Of a stretch of DNA of 64,000 bases, positions 50,001 through 61,526 are shown piece by piece. Both the position numbers and the translations under genes were made by a program. Every line of letters starts with the position of its first letter. Within the stretch, counting starts at the first letter, position 1. Where the stretch lies: contig CATNEN010000011.1 in the NCBI GenBank assembly GCA_950097015.1, positions 2,356,001-2,420,000 on the forward strand, written 5' to 3'. Under the pieces are notes generated by a model, which searched no databases, was not told the DNA's origin, and worked only from the letters and a program-made list of their open reading frames with translations. The stretch comes from Macrostomum hystrix. Lineage: Eukaryota > Animalia > Platyhelminthes.

Positions 50001-51203
50001 GATTCAAACTGATTGGGATTTTCAAACTGATTAGGATTCTGGGATTTAAACTGATCAGGATTCTGGGATTCAAACTGATTGGGATTCTGGGATTCAAACT
50101 GATTAGGATTCTGGGATTTAAACTGATCAGGATTCTGGGATTCAAACTGATCAAGATTCTGGGATTCAAACTGATCAGGATTCTAGGATTTAAACAGATT
50201 TAGGATTCTGGGATTTAAACTGATTTAGGATTCTAGGATTTAAACAGATTTAGGATTCTGGGATTTAAACTGATTTAGGATTCTAGGATTTAAACAGATT
50301 TAGGATTCTGGGATTTAAACTGATTTAGGATTCTTGGATTTAAACTGATAGGGATTTTGGAATTTAAACAGATTTAGAATTCTTAGATTTTTAACAGATT
50401 TAGGATTCTGGGATTTAAACAGATTTGGTATTCTGGGATTTAAACTCATTTAGGATTCTGGGATTTAACTGATCAGTATTCTTGGATTCAAACTGATCAA
50501 GATTCTGGGATTCAAACTGATCAGGATTCTGGGATTCAAACTGATCAGGATTCTGGGATTCAAACTGATTGGGATTCAGTAATTTAAACAGATTTAGGAT
50601 TCTGGGATTCTAACTGATTGGGATTCTGGAATTTAAACAGATTTAGGATTCTTGGATTTAAACTGATTTGGTATTCTAGGATTTAAACTGATTTAGGATT
50701 CTAGGATTTAAACAGATTTGGTATTCTGAAATTTAAACAGATTTGGGATTCTGGGATTCAAACTGATGAGGATTCTGGGATTTAAACAGATTTAGGATTC
50801 TGGGATTAAAACTGATTGGAATTTTAAAATGTGAATAGCTTGTGATTTGAGTATTTCGATGATGATTTTTTAATTTTCTAAGAATTTCAATAAAGTTAGT
50901 TATGCAGTCAAACGAGCCCCATCAACCACCCAGGTAAAGCAGGGCCTCTCATCCAGCCTGTTCACCCGCGACCTGAGCAACCTGTTCCACTGGATTGGTC
51001 CCAGCGGTTCCGACTGCGGCCTAGTCAATATCAACATACCGACGTCTGGCGCCGAAATTGGCGGAGCCTTCGGCGGCGAGAAGCACACCGGGGGAGGCCG
51101 CGAGTCGGGCAGCGACTCCTGGAAGCAGTACATGCGACGCAGCACCTGCACTATCAATTATGGGCACGATCTGCCACTGGCTCAGGGCATCAAGTTTGAA
51201 TAG
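44053..51203 (+). CDS. ALDH7A1: Alpha-aminoadipic semialdehyde dehydrogenase (antiquitin), 6 exons, 554 aa from the first ATG
   Basis: Exons 44053-44220, 45742-46101, 47247-47588, 48330-48631, 48963-49185 and 50934-51203; all GT-AG and in frame (1665 nt). Family motifs [62 protein letters not shown] and [30 protein letters not shown]. Confidence 0.96.
44405..44490 (+). mobile_element. tRNA-derived SINE, 5' fragment (ALDH7A1 intron 1)
   Basis: GCGTAGTGGTTTAAGCGTCGGACT...GCTTCGATTCCCGACTCTACTAG...TTTGTGTCCT matches the SINE head. Confidence 0.65.
44505..44792 (-). mobile_element. tRNA-derived SINE, near full length, minus strand
   Basis: Reverse complement matches the 61527 copy (GGTACCCATTTAACA, GGTGAACTGAAACAATGCAGAGTTAAG, ACAGCACAGCCGCAGCTATTGCGCGGCGCATC), ending in GAGCTACAACCTC (SINE head). 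Confidence 0.75.
44793..45680 (-). repeat. 15-bp minisatellite (CTAAGCTACAACCCC), ~55 copies, contiguous with the SINE head
   Basis: Period 15, with three AATATATAATTTAGACCCC interruptions. Its reverse complement GGGGTTGTAGCTTAG matches the SINE 5' end GAGGTTGTAGCCTAG. Confidence 0.93.
46600..47090 (+). repeat. 48-bp minisatellite in ALDH7A1 intron 2
   Basis: GGATATCAAAGTAGGGAGAATTAGGGATA...CCACCGGA, period 48 (46861/46909), ~10 copies. Confidence 0.9.
47630..48250 (+). repeat. 31-bp minisatellite in ALDH7A1 intron 3
   Basis: AATAGAAATCCTCAAATCCCATTCCGTATCT, period 31 (47881/47912). Confidence 0.9.
48650..48890 (+). repeat. 21-bp minisatellite in ALDH7A1 intron 4
   Basis: CTCCTAGAGATTTTTTTAAAT tandem, ~11 copies. 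Confidence 0.92.
49480..50825 (+). repeat. 24-bp minisatellite in ALDH7A1 intron 5
   Basis: GGATTCTGGGATTCAAACTGATCA tandem, period 24, ~55 copies. Confidence 0.92.
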
Positions 51204-51337
51204 ACTTTTTGCTGAAGATTTATTTGAATTCGCGCGCTTTTTAAAGACTGACTGAACTGAAGAAACTCGCAGCTTAAAGGTTGGGATTTCGATTTTACAG
51301 GGAAAAGGCTTGAGTGTTGAAATGTTTGGTTGTTCAG

Positions 51338-51392
51338 CATCATTCATAATCAGGACTTACGACTTGAAGGTCGGGGGTTCGAACTCCTCAAA
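51338..51392 (+). mobile_element. Short SINE fragment (B-box region)
   Basis: GGACTTACGACTTGAAGGTCGGGGGTTCGAACTCC matches the head of the other copies. Confidence 0.5.
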
Positions 51393-52174
51393 AACTGTCC
51401 TCCCTAATTTATGTTTGAAAGACACTAAAAGTTTGTTTGGCGCGAATTTAAAATGATAAAATCCAGCCCTAATGAATGCTATGATTTTGGTTTTTGCCAA
51501 TATATCTGCTTGTTGATTTTCCTAGGCAATTTTCAATCCGAATTGTCTCATTGTGCTTGTCAAATTCATCCCTTCTTTTCCCAACTCCCAATAGTAACAA
51601 TAGCATGTTGCTAATCAGCTCATTAAACAGCTATTGTTTTCATCCAACACATCCGCTTCACCATTTAGCTTTGGTGATCTGCTTAGCTTGTCATCAGTTT
51701 TGATTTATTTTTATTTCAGCTTAAAACTGTTCAATACTTTTCATGCAATAGTCTTCGTGAACTTCAATTATTGGCCTACATCTCACTTTTTCACTCTTCA
51801 TCCTATATCGGGTCCGTCAGTTTTCTATTGCCTATTTTTTAACCCAAAAGTCGTTACAGTCGCTCATTTTAAAACAAACTTTATTGAGGTATTTTTTTAT
51901 GAAATAAGATCCGCTCTCTTGTTGGAGTAAAGACCATTTTGACTAATAAAACTTCATTATATATTCACACCGGTAGATTTTTTGTCATTTAACATGTGTC
52001 TTCGACTTTTTAAATCATTTTTTATTAAAAAACTAAATTCGATCGTTTTCTTAGATAGACTAACATTTTATAATGCCGAAAAATTACAAATACTGAATGA
52101 TTGCTTGTCCTTATATAATGAATTTTAACACAGCTGCAAAATATTCACTCATTTTAGTATTCGCCTAGAATCTT

Positions 52175-53455
52175 ACCTCCTTTGATGTTGCCGCCAACTA
52201 TCTACTTTCCAGTTTAAGAATAATCCCGGATCCTTAACTCTAGTCCTTTGATGTTGCCGCCAACTATCTACTTTCCAGTTTAAAAATAATCCCTGACCCT
52301 TATCTTTAGTCACTTGATGTTGCCGCCTACCATCTACTTTCAAATTTTAGAATAATCCCTGATCCTTAACTCTAGTCCTTTGAAGTTGCCGCCGACTATC
52401 AACTTTCCAGTTTAAGAATAATCCCTGATCCTTAACTCTAGTCCTTTGATGTTGCCGCTAACTGTCTACTTTTCAGTTTAAAAATAATCCCTGATCCTTA
52501 ACTCTACTCCTTTGATGTTGCCGCCAGCTATTAACATTCCAGTTTTAGAATAATCCCTGATCCTAACTCTAGTCCTTTGATGTTGCCGCCAACTATCTAC
52601 TTTCCAGTTTAAAAATAATCCCTGACCCTTAACTCTACTCCTTTGATGTTGCCGCCAGCTATTAACATTCCAGTTTAAGAATAATCCCTGACCCTTAACT
52701 CTACTCCTTTGATGTTGCCGCCAGCTATTAACATTCCAGTTTAAGAATAATCCCTGATCCTTAACTCTAGTCCTTTGATGTTGCCGCCAGCTATTAACAT
52801 TCCAGTTTAAGAATAATCCCTGATCCTTAACTCTAGTCCTTTGATGTTGCCGCCAGCTATTAACATTCCAGTTTAAGAATAATCCCTGATCCTTAACTCT
52901 AGTCCTTTGATGTTGCCGCTAACTATCTACTTTCCAGTTTAAAAATAATCTCTGACCCTTACTCTACTCCTTTGATGTTGCCGCCAGCTATTAACATTCC
53001 AGTTTAAGAATAATCCCTGACCCTTAACTCTACTCCTTTGATGTTGCCGCCAGCTATTAACATTCCAGTTTAAGAATAATCCCTGATCCTTAACTCTAGT
53101 CCTTTGATGTTGCCGCCAGCTATTAACATTCCAGTTTAAGAATAATCCCTGATCCTTAACTCTAGTCCTTTGATGTTGCCGCCAGCTATTAACATTCCAG
53201 TTTAAGAATAATCCCTGATCCTTAACTCTAGTCCTTTGATGTTGCCGCCAGCTATTAACATTCCAGTTTAAGAATAATCCCTGATCCTTAACTCTAGTCC
53301 TTTGATGTTGCCGCTAACTATCTACTTTCCAGTTTAAAAATAATCTCTGACCCTTACTCTACTCCTTTAATGTTGCCGCCAGCTATTAACATTCCAGTTT
53401 AAGAATAATCCCTGACCCTTATCTCTAGTCCTTGAGAGATGTTGCCGCCAATTAT
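52175..53455 (+). repeat. 66-bp tandem array, ~20 copies, between ALDH7A1 and Aurora
   Basis: TCCTTTGATGTTGCCGCCAGCTATTAACATTCCAGTTTAAGAATAATCCCTGATCCTTAACTCTAG, period 66 (52771/52837). Confidence 0.96.
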
Positions 53456-53500
53456 GAAAACTGAGCTTTAACACACGTTTGTCCTCGTTCCTTTGATGTT
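52179..53500 (+). promoter_or_regulatory. Candidate multimerised TCF/LEF response element (HMG site + adjacent Helper site)
   Basis: 14 units read CCTTTGA[T/A]GTT immediately followed by GCCGCC[A/G]. A last HMG-only site at 53490-53500 lies 15 bp before the Aurora ATG. Motif match only; no functional evidence. Confidence 0.4.
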
Positions 53501-53515
53501 ATTTTAAGATTAAAA

Positions 53516-55808
53516 ATGGCGACGGCTTTGACATCGATTGAAAACCAGCTCAACAATCAGCCGCAGCAGCAGCAGCAGCAGCAGCAGCCTCTATCGCCGC
53601 AGTCGTCCGGTGTCCAGACTCGCATGTCAAAAATCTCAGACTTTGACATTGGCTGCCCTCTGGGCAAGGGCAAATTCGGCAATGTCTACTTAGCCAAAGA
53701 GCGAAAGCACGACTTTCTTGTGGCCCTGAAGATACTGTTCAAAAGCCAGCTAGTCAAGGGTCGCATGGAGCATCAGCTGCATAGAGAGATTGAAATCATG
53801 AGCCATCTGAGGCATCCGCACATTCTGCAGCTCTATACAATGTTCTTCGATGAGAAACGTATCTACCTGGTCCTGGAGTACGCCTTCCGCGGCCAGATGT
53901 ACTCACTGCTCACCCGGATGGGGCGTTTCAGCGAGCGGCGCTCCGCTACCTACATGTACCAGCTGGCTGACGCCCTGGCCTTCTGTCACAGCAAGCAGGT
54001 CATTCACAGGGGTGAGTACCTGCTACCTGTTATTTATAAAAGTTCAAAGTTCAATTCGTGTCCTAGTTCTAGACACAAATTGCTAAAGCCTTGCTAAAGG
54101 ACACATATTGCTTCCCTCCAATTGGCTAAGAATCGAACTCCTGACCTCACGTCTATAATTTTCGGCAATTTGCGTTGTTTCTAGTTTTGTCGGGAACAGA
54201 GGTTGTAGTCTAGAGGTTAGAGCGTCTAAGTCACGACTTAAAAGTCGGGGGTTCGATTCCTGACTCCAATGGAACAATTTGTGTCCTTTAGCAAGACACT
54301 TAAATCTGCATTGCTTCAGTTCGCCCAGCTGTTAAGTTGGCATCATTATTAGCTGGGGTAATTGAGGCTGGCCGTGGCGTCCCCCCAGTCCATGGACTGA
54401 CCAGACTGAAAAGCTGTACGCAGCCTTCAGATGCGCTAGGGCAGATGTAATCAATTATTAACTACTATTAATAGTTGTGTCAAATCCACAGAGTCTTACT
54501 CGCCAATAGGGCCTAGTATTCTAAGCTAGATTATCCAATCATTCGTGCCGCAGACATCAAGCCTGAGAACCTGCTGCTGGGCTTCTACTACGAGTTGAAG
54601 CTGGCGGACTTTGGCTGGTCTGTGCACGCGCCTTCGCAGCGCAGGCGCACCCTGTGCGGCACCCTCGACTACCTGCCGCCAGAGATGGTCACCGGGGTCA
54701 CTCACGACGAAGGCGTCGACGTCTGGACAATGGGCGTTCTCTGCTACGAGATGCTGCACGGTTCGCCTCCATTCGAAGACGAAGATGAGCACAGTACTCA
54801 GAAGCGGATTGCCAGGGTTGAGTTCAGCTTTCCGGAGCATTTCACACCTTTAGCTAGGTGAGAAAACTTGTTTGCCCGGCAAATGGTACTTTCCCATTTC
54901 AATTTCCCGCTAAAAAATAGGCATGTTTCTTTGGGTGATTCCAGTTGGAATCTGCGGTGTTTCCAGAAAAAGAAACAGCCGAACGCTGGAAACATACCAA
55001 TCGGATGATTCCATGCTTAGAATCTACCCAACTGGGCGTTTTCTCGGTGCTTCTTGGTGGCGAAATAGAATCACCCAAGTGGGAGGTCCTTAAATTGCTA
55101 TGCTTATTTGTATTAACAATTATTTCCTAACAATTATGCATAACATCTTTCAAAACCTTCCCAGTCAGCATCGTCGGGATATTCAGTGATTTTTGTTGAA
55201 GACCCCGGTGACAGGGACAACTGACATCGCTCTGTATAAAACTCGATGGCGAATCCATATTACTATAAGTAGTTAAATGCTGTAATAATCAACAGTCAAA
55301 CCGATATGGTCTACAATAACAGCCGACATGGTTTTTGTGATTCTGAAATTTGTTTTATTGCTTAGAGTAGAAAATTTTAGCCGTTGTTCTGGCGTTTCTT
55401 GGCGTTTCTATATGAATATTTTAGTAGATACCGAAGGAAAGAAAAAACTGGGTACTTGAAATGCACCCCGTGATCTTTCTATTGTATAAAAACATCCCAT
55501 TACTCCCATTATTAATCCTTGGAAAAGTACTTGAAAATCCTAGTCACACATCTTGGGAACATGAAAGATATTGTCTATGAATGAATCCTCAAACCAGGGA
55601 TCTGATCTCGCGCATTCTGCGCAAGCGGTCCAAGGATCGAATCCGGCTGCCGGGGATCAAATGTCATCCGTGGATTGAGCAGCACGCCACTAAGACTGTG
55701 GACACGGATCCTAGTCACCTGGAGTCCTACCTGTTGGAGGATTTCAATCGCACAATGAACGAAGAGTCCAAGGCTCTACTCACGGACTGCACAGCTGAGT
55801 CGCAGTGA
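53516..55808 (+). CDS. AURK: Aurora kinase (tentatively Aurora B-like), 3 exons, 336 aa
   Basis: Exons 53516-54011, 54554-54857 and 55598-55808 (1011 nt, GT-AG, in frame). Motifs [65 protein letters not shown]. Thr rather than Gly at the Aurora-A G198-equivalent position (LYTMFFD). Confidence 0.95.
54088..54152 (-). mobile_element. SINE fragment, minus strand (Aurora intron 1)
   Basis: Reverse complement reads GAGGTCAGGAGTTCGATTCTTAGCC...ATATGTGTCCTTTAGCAAGGC. Confidence 0.6.
54196..54470 (+). mobile_element. tRNA-derived SINE, near full length (Aurora intron 1)
   Basis: A-box GTAGTCTAGAGGTT, B-box GGTTCGATTCC, body TGTGTCCTTTAGCAAGACACTTAA...CAGTTCGCCCAGCTGTTAAG, AT-rich tail. Confidence 0.8.
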
Positions 55809-58164
55809 TTTTTTTGCTATGTATTTTTTTCAACTGATTCAAACCCAACTTCTACTTTATTTAGTACTATTTTGCAATTCATTTATCTATTTTATATTTT
55901 CTTTACCTACGATATGATAGTAAAAATGAATTAATACCTATTTACCTTTGAATCTTTAGGCCAAATGTTTATCTCGTTTTTTAGTGACCTAACCAACAAA
56001 CTATTAAAAGCTGAATCTAAAGAAGCATTTGTTAGGAAATCACAGCTCATCACAATTCCTATGCAATTATATTGTGCTATATTATATCTTTTTAAACCTA
56101 TTTTCAGTCTTAGCATTTTTATTTAGTAAATGAAGCAAAACAATTTTGCTGCAATTTTCACTTCGCTTCTACTACTGTCAGTAGCTCCCTATCTTCACCA
56201 GTGTTTATATCCAACTGTACTTAGCAATTGTGTGTTTTGACGCTTGTATTTAAAATAAATGCGATTTCAACTGCAGCAATGGACGAATCAAATCAATCAA
56301 ACGAAATCAACAGTACTGAAATAATTTTATCTTTTTATAACTAAACTTGTTGTATTGTGAAGCATTTTTTTCTGCTGTCGAGCATTGTTTCGCAATTATA
56401 CGTAAAACGGCCCTAATAAGGGCAAACCAGTGTAGACTGGTCCGGGATATAGAAAGCATATAGAAAATTCGGATGCACTACTTGGAGAAAAACACTTATA
56501 ACCGTGACCAGAGTCTAACCTTCTCTACGGTTCTATGGCCAAAATTGTCGTATATAACTGTCCTTTCCTCTCCGTGCTCCACTGCATGTAAGATCGGTGT
56601 CGAATTGCACGGGAGACATTAAAGATACATATGTACCCATAAAAGTTTGCGTATCAACCAATCACTCGAAGCATCTAACCAACTGTGTATCTCAAATTTA
56701 TATTCCGAAATTGAGCAATGTAGTTAATTAGTGCTCCAATGCTTTTGTTTTAATTTTATTCTATTCAACCAACTGACTGCATGCGAATTGATTTAATTTA
56801 ACCCTTTAATAACAATATATTTCACATTATGTCTTTTATAAACGAAACATAGTTACAGAATATAATACTCCATACGCCTACAAAAAGTAACATCGCAAAA
56901 TAGTTCAGCTATGTTAGTTTGGTGGCTAGAAACTAGTACAAGGTAACTTTCTTTATTACGGTTGTATGTCCTATTTAGAAGAATATGGGGGAATTGTAAA
57001 TAGCAAGGTACTGAGACAGAGGGTCTGTACGTCACTACAGACAAAGCGGCTGCGTGCCATTGGATCCACAAAGCACAGAGAATCAGTTCGGGACAGAAAT
57101 GCTGCTGAGAACAGCTGAAAAGTCTTCTACTTTACATGCATATCATGGGAATATGTCTGTGGCGCCCAGCAACCATTCAGTGAATCATTTGACAACGCAG
57201 CCCTACAAGACTGTTGGAAGGCTGAGCTAATGCCGGCTAATACTGAGCTCACTCTCTAATACCGACAATGTTGATTGTAGGAGCGCGGAGAGGTGCGGAC
57301 TCGGTGCAATCAAAACTCCAAGGGCTAGGGAAATTAGGTTATTCTCAAATTCTACCCTTTCTCTCATTCTCTCTAGTCAACACATAGGCAGGAAAATTAC
57401 GCAAGCAAATAAAATCGACTCAAGAAATCAATAGTTTCAAAGAAAAGAAGCTAGAAAAACAGTACTAGGGCGCGCTAGCGAAACACTGAGTATCAGGCAA
57501 ACAGGACTGAGGATATGACTTCATCGAAGAGTGTCTTTTTAAAATTCTGAGTTACAGTTTTCCCAACAAGGAACCAAGCAATCTTCTAGTCGTAAATTTT
57601 GAATGAGTTTTGATTTTTAAACAGTTCTGTCCAGCCCTCATTTTGTATTTTTATAATTAGAATCTTGTATGTAGAATTTGCTGTTGTGATCTTTGTTTAA
57701 TAGACTAGCTTTGCTACCCCCTTAACAATGCAAATAGGCGAGGTCATAGTGGGAAACAAAATACAAGTCAGTCTCTATCGTTTTTAGTTGGTGTAGCATA
57801 AGCCATGCCCAAGATACTTGAAACATTTCATTACTTTGGGGTCATTTTTTGCTAGTCCTTTATACTAAATTTTTCTGTTCATTTTTTTCCGTTTCTGACA
57901 CCTGTTAATCACAGACAGTTAAGAAAAGCAATCACAGTGCAAGGCAAAGTAAATCAATCATTATGAATTTGCAAATGAGAATATGTCCTACGAATTACAT
58001 AAGCACACTCTTGTTACTAGCCAACATAATTCCTTATGAAAAGCAAGTGATTTGTATAAAATATGGAAGATGATGAGAGCAAGCAAGCGCATAAAATTCG
58101 ATCCAAAGAAGCATTTTCTTTTCAAAAACAAGAACACCCTAAATAGATTGATTCCAGCAATAGA

Positions 58165-60273
58165 TCACAGCAGGTTGAGCTGGGTCATGTACACCCTGCG
58201 TAAGATTGTCTGACAATCGGCAAATACTCGCCTGATGTTCTCCGTATCAACGGCGGTTGTGTAATGCGGATAGCACCTGCGCTGCCCATCACCCTGGGCG
58301 ATGGCCTGAAACTTGTCGCGGACGAAGCACTTGGCGCGAGTGAGCTCCGGCTCCTCGTTAGGATGCTCCGAGTCAGGGGGCGGCTGCGGGTAGACTTTGT
58401 ACTCCTCGAAGAAGTCTTCCAGTTTGGTCTTGCCTTTCAAGATCTTCTCCTAGAAGTCGGGTGGAAAGCTTTTGTCAAGATTGTAAGGATTCTTGAACGC
58501 CAAGAGTTAGCGTTCATGAATCGCATTCATAATTGATTCTCCCCTCCTACATTCTGCCCAAAAAAGAGGGTGCTAGCCCCCGATGGGGAGGTGGGTGCGA
58601 AGCCCCCACTATCTAACCATAGACAAAATGTCATAAAGAAAGCTTTCTCCACAGCTAAGAAGAGAAAAACAAAATTACCATAGACAATATTGATCTATTG
58701 ACAATAGATCTATTTGTCCATTGACAATATTGAGTTATTCTGGAAAATAGGAGGAATTTGAAGATTAACCAACGTCATTGAGTTTGTACTGCTCGTATTT
58801 GAGTAGCGACTGATGGCAAGCGAAAAACCAGTAATAATATTAACTAGACTTTCACCCGTTGTTTTGTTTATTGTCTAAAAAGAAACTTCGATCCTGCACC
58901 AATGGTGCACTGGACCTAAAGGAGACTTTGCGATAGACAAAATAAATTCTGCACGCTTGAGCGTGCAAGATCAGCAATTCTGCACGCAGAATCAACTAAG
59001 AATGCACGATTTGCACACTTTGCACGACACAAAACACATCTGTAGCAAATGAAAGAAAAGAACTCCGGAAAATACGACCACATACCTTACTGCAGCGCTA
59101 CAAAATCTTTTCTTTCAAGTAATTAATTTGTTTCCTAGTTATTTTCGTTGGCTGTTAAATACGAGCTAACTGTTAAACTGGCTCTTACGCAAGAAAAGTT
59201 CGGACCCAACTTTCATACGAGTACCTTGAGAAAAAACATTCAATTACCTGAAAAGTGTCCTGCTTATTTAGAAAAAGAATGATTGAGTTCTGCTTTAGAT
59301 AGCGGTTATTCCAGATGTTCTGAAACAGCTCGATTGACTCTTTCAGCCGATTTTGTGTGGGATCTTCGCGCAATCTAGAATCGTAGCCAGAGCAGGCGCA
59401 CACAAAGATGACAGCGGTGACGTCGCTAAACACCTGCAAGTGAGTTGGTTGATGACTCTTAAGTTTAGATTTGCCCTGACACTGACCGAATAAGCTTGGA
59501 CTCCAGTCGAATCTCTGGAAATTTCTCACCTGAATCCATTTTCTTCGCTCCTCTCTTTGCCCACCGACGTCGAACATGTGAAACATAACTTTCTCAACCG
59601 TGAACTTCGTCTCAAAGATGCCGGATGTGAGCACACGACAGCGCAGGATGTCCTGCTCGTCTGGCAGGTACTCCGGCTTGGCCACTTCCGCGCACTTGTC
59701 CAAGAACCACTTGGCAGAGTCGATCAGCTGATACTCGTTTGCCCGACTGAAGGCCTCTTGGACGCCCTTGTCCTTCCACAGTTTGCAACAATAGTCAAAG
59801 AAAATATCCGGATAGCTGAAGTCCTTGGCGACTGACTCGTTCTGAACGTAGTCGATGTACTCCTGATACTCCGGGTGCTCCAGCGGCACTGCCGGATTCA
59901 AGTTGGGCATGGCTCCCGTGATTGACAGCATGCCGTCGCGAATGTTCCTCCGGATGTCTGGCACCTTCTCGCGCCTGGCGGCATCGTCAAAGCCTGTCAG
60001 GTAGAGAATCTGCATCTGCTTGATCAGGGTGGACTTGCCAGACTCTCCCGCGCCGACTACGGGAATCTTGTGCGTCATGGCGAGCTGCTTCTTCTCCGCT
60101 TTCAGCTTCTTCTCGAAGTCTTCCTTCTTGGTGTCCTTCGTCTTCTCCTGTTTAGGCGGCTTGGAATTCGTCTTGGCCGAGCTGCTGCTCGCTGACGCGC
60201 CGGCTGATGACGAGACCTTCCCGTTGCCAACTTCGCCATCGTTGTCTTTGGTTTTTGGCCGAAAGCAGCTCAT
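58165..60273 (-). CDS. GNAS: G protein alpha subunit, Gs class, divergent; 3 exons, 404 aa
   Basis: Exons 60273-59530, 59433-59248 and 58449-58165 (1215 nt, all phase 0, GT-AG). Motifs [38 protein letters not shown] and [17 protein letters not shown]. Symbol indicates class; one-to-one orthology unverified. Confidence 0.9.
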
Positions 60274-61526
60274 TGTTCATAGGCTGCCGGCTTATCTGAC
60301 TTGAAGGCTGATGCGCAGCGAAATAAGCGAGTGTTACCTTATTAGTATATTCTGCAGTTAGATTTTTAAATATAGCTTTAGTAAATTTCCTCGATTTCCA
60401 ATCTTGCTAGGTCAGTATTTGGCGAATCTGTTTTATACCTTATTTGTCGAACAGCGACTTCCGATCCGCCCATGCAGTTCGCAAATGAGTGTGTTTTTCT
60501 CTTCTGTTAGCTTTGTTTGGGTAGCTGGTTTCTGGAATGCTTCTGCTACTATGTCTCTCTTTAATTTTGTTCTAGTTCTTTCTCTGCTGCTCTCTCGCTC
60601 AGTCCTTCTCGCACAGAGGCGCAAAAGTCTTCTCAGCATCATCCACCCAACCTCCCTCCTCTCTCTCTCATTTCTCTCCCTCCACCTTTTGAACCGTTTT
60701 TGAGTTGGGAAGACAGAAACTTAGTTTCAACTTCGCGCACACCGGTTTGTTTCTGGCTGTTTCGATTATTTTGTCTGCAAATTGGCTAGAAAAATATTGT
60801 GAGCGAGCGAGCGAGTGAGAGAGACTCTGAGAATCTCACAGAGTAAAGCCTTGTTTGTTCTGCACTCCATCATTCTTCTTCCACAGCTGCTGTGCTAAAC
60901 AATGCGCAACCCATTGCCCCCCTACCTCCTGCCCACTTCGACCAACGAGCTTGCAGCTTGATGCACGGCTGCTGAGAGAAATGAGTGGCAAACTGCTTCA
61001 ATCATTTTTTGGTCCTTAATTTAACTAAGAACGGGTCCATAAGGCAGATTGTTTCAATCTTAAGTTATAAATTTATATATATTTATATCTATTTTGTGCG
61101 AGTGTTGCTGTCTTTACTAGGTGCAAAGGTGATGAGAGAGTTAGAGAAAGCGAGAGAAAGACAGAGGCCCCTTCCTGACCAAGTCTACCCGACTCTGACC
61201 CTGAAAATGTCGCTCTTTAACGGAGTCAAAGCAAAGCAATCCAGCAATTTATGGAAAGTAAAGGAAATTACTTTTGCATTAGAAATATTTTCCAGCTTCT
61301 TTCAGGCCAGAGTAAAAACGTGAAGAAAGTAATAAGATTGAGAAAAAGCAACAATTTGGCTGCAAAACGGCCCATGCACAGCCTAGCAGAACTTTAATTA
61401 ATGCGAAAAAATATCATAGCTGGATAGCCGCCTCCGTCTATGTGATACTCGCCGAAAAACTACTATTATCAGACTGACCATTTATTGCATTATCGAATGT
61501 AATAACCTGTTGGTCGTAGAACCTAG

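Noticed and set aside
51203-53516. ALDH7A1-Aurora operon
   Set aside because: Same strand with an acceptor-like TTTTAAG before the Aurora ATG, but the 2.3-kb gap and lack of transcript data give no real support.
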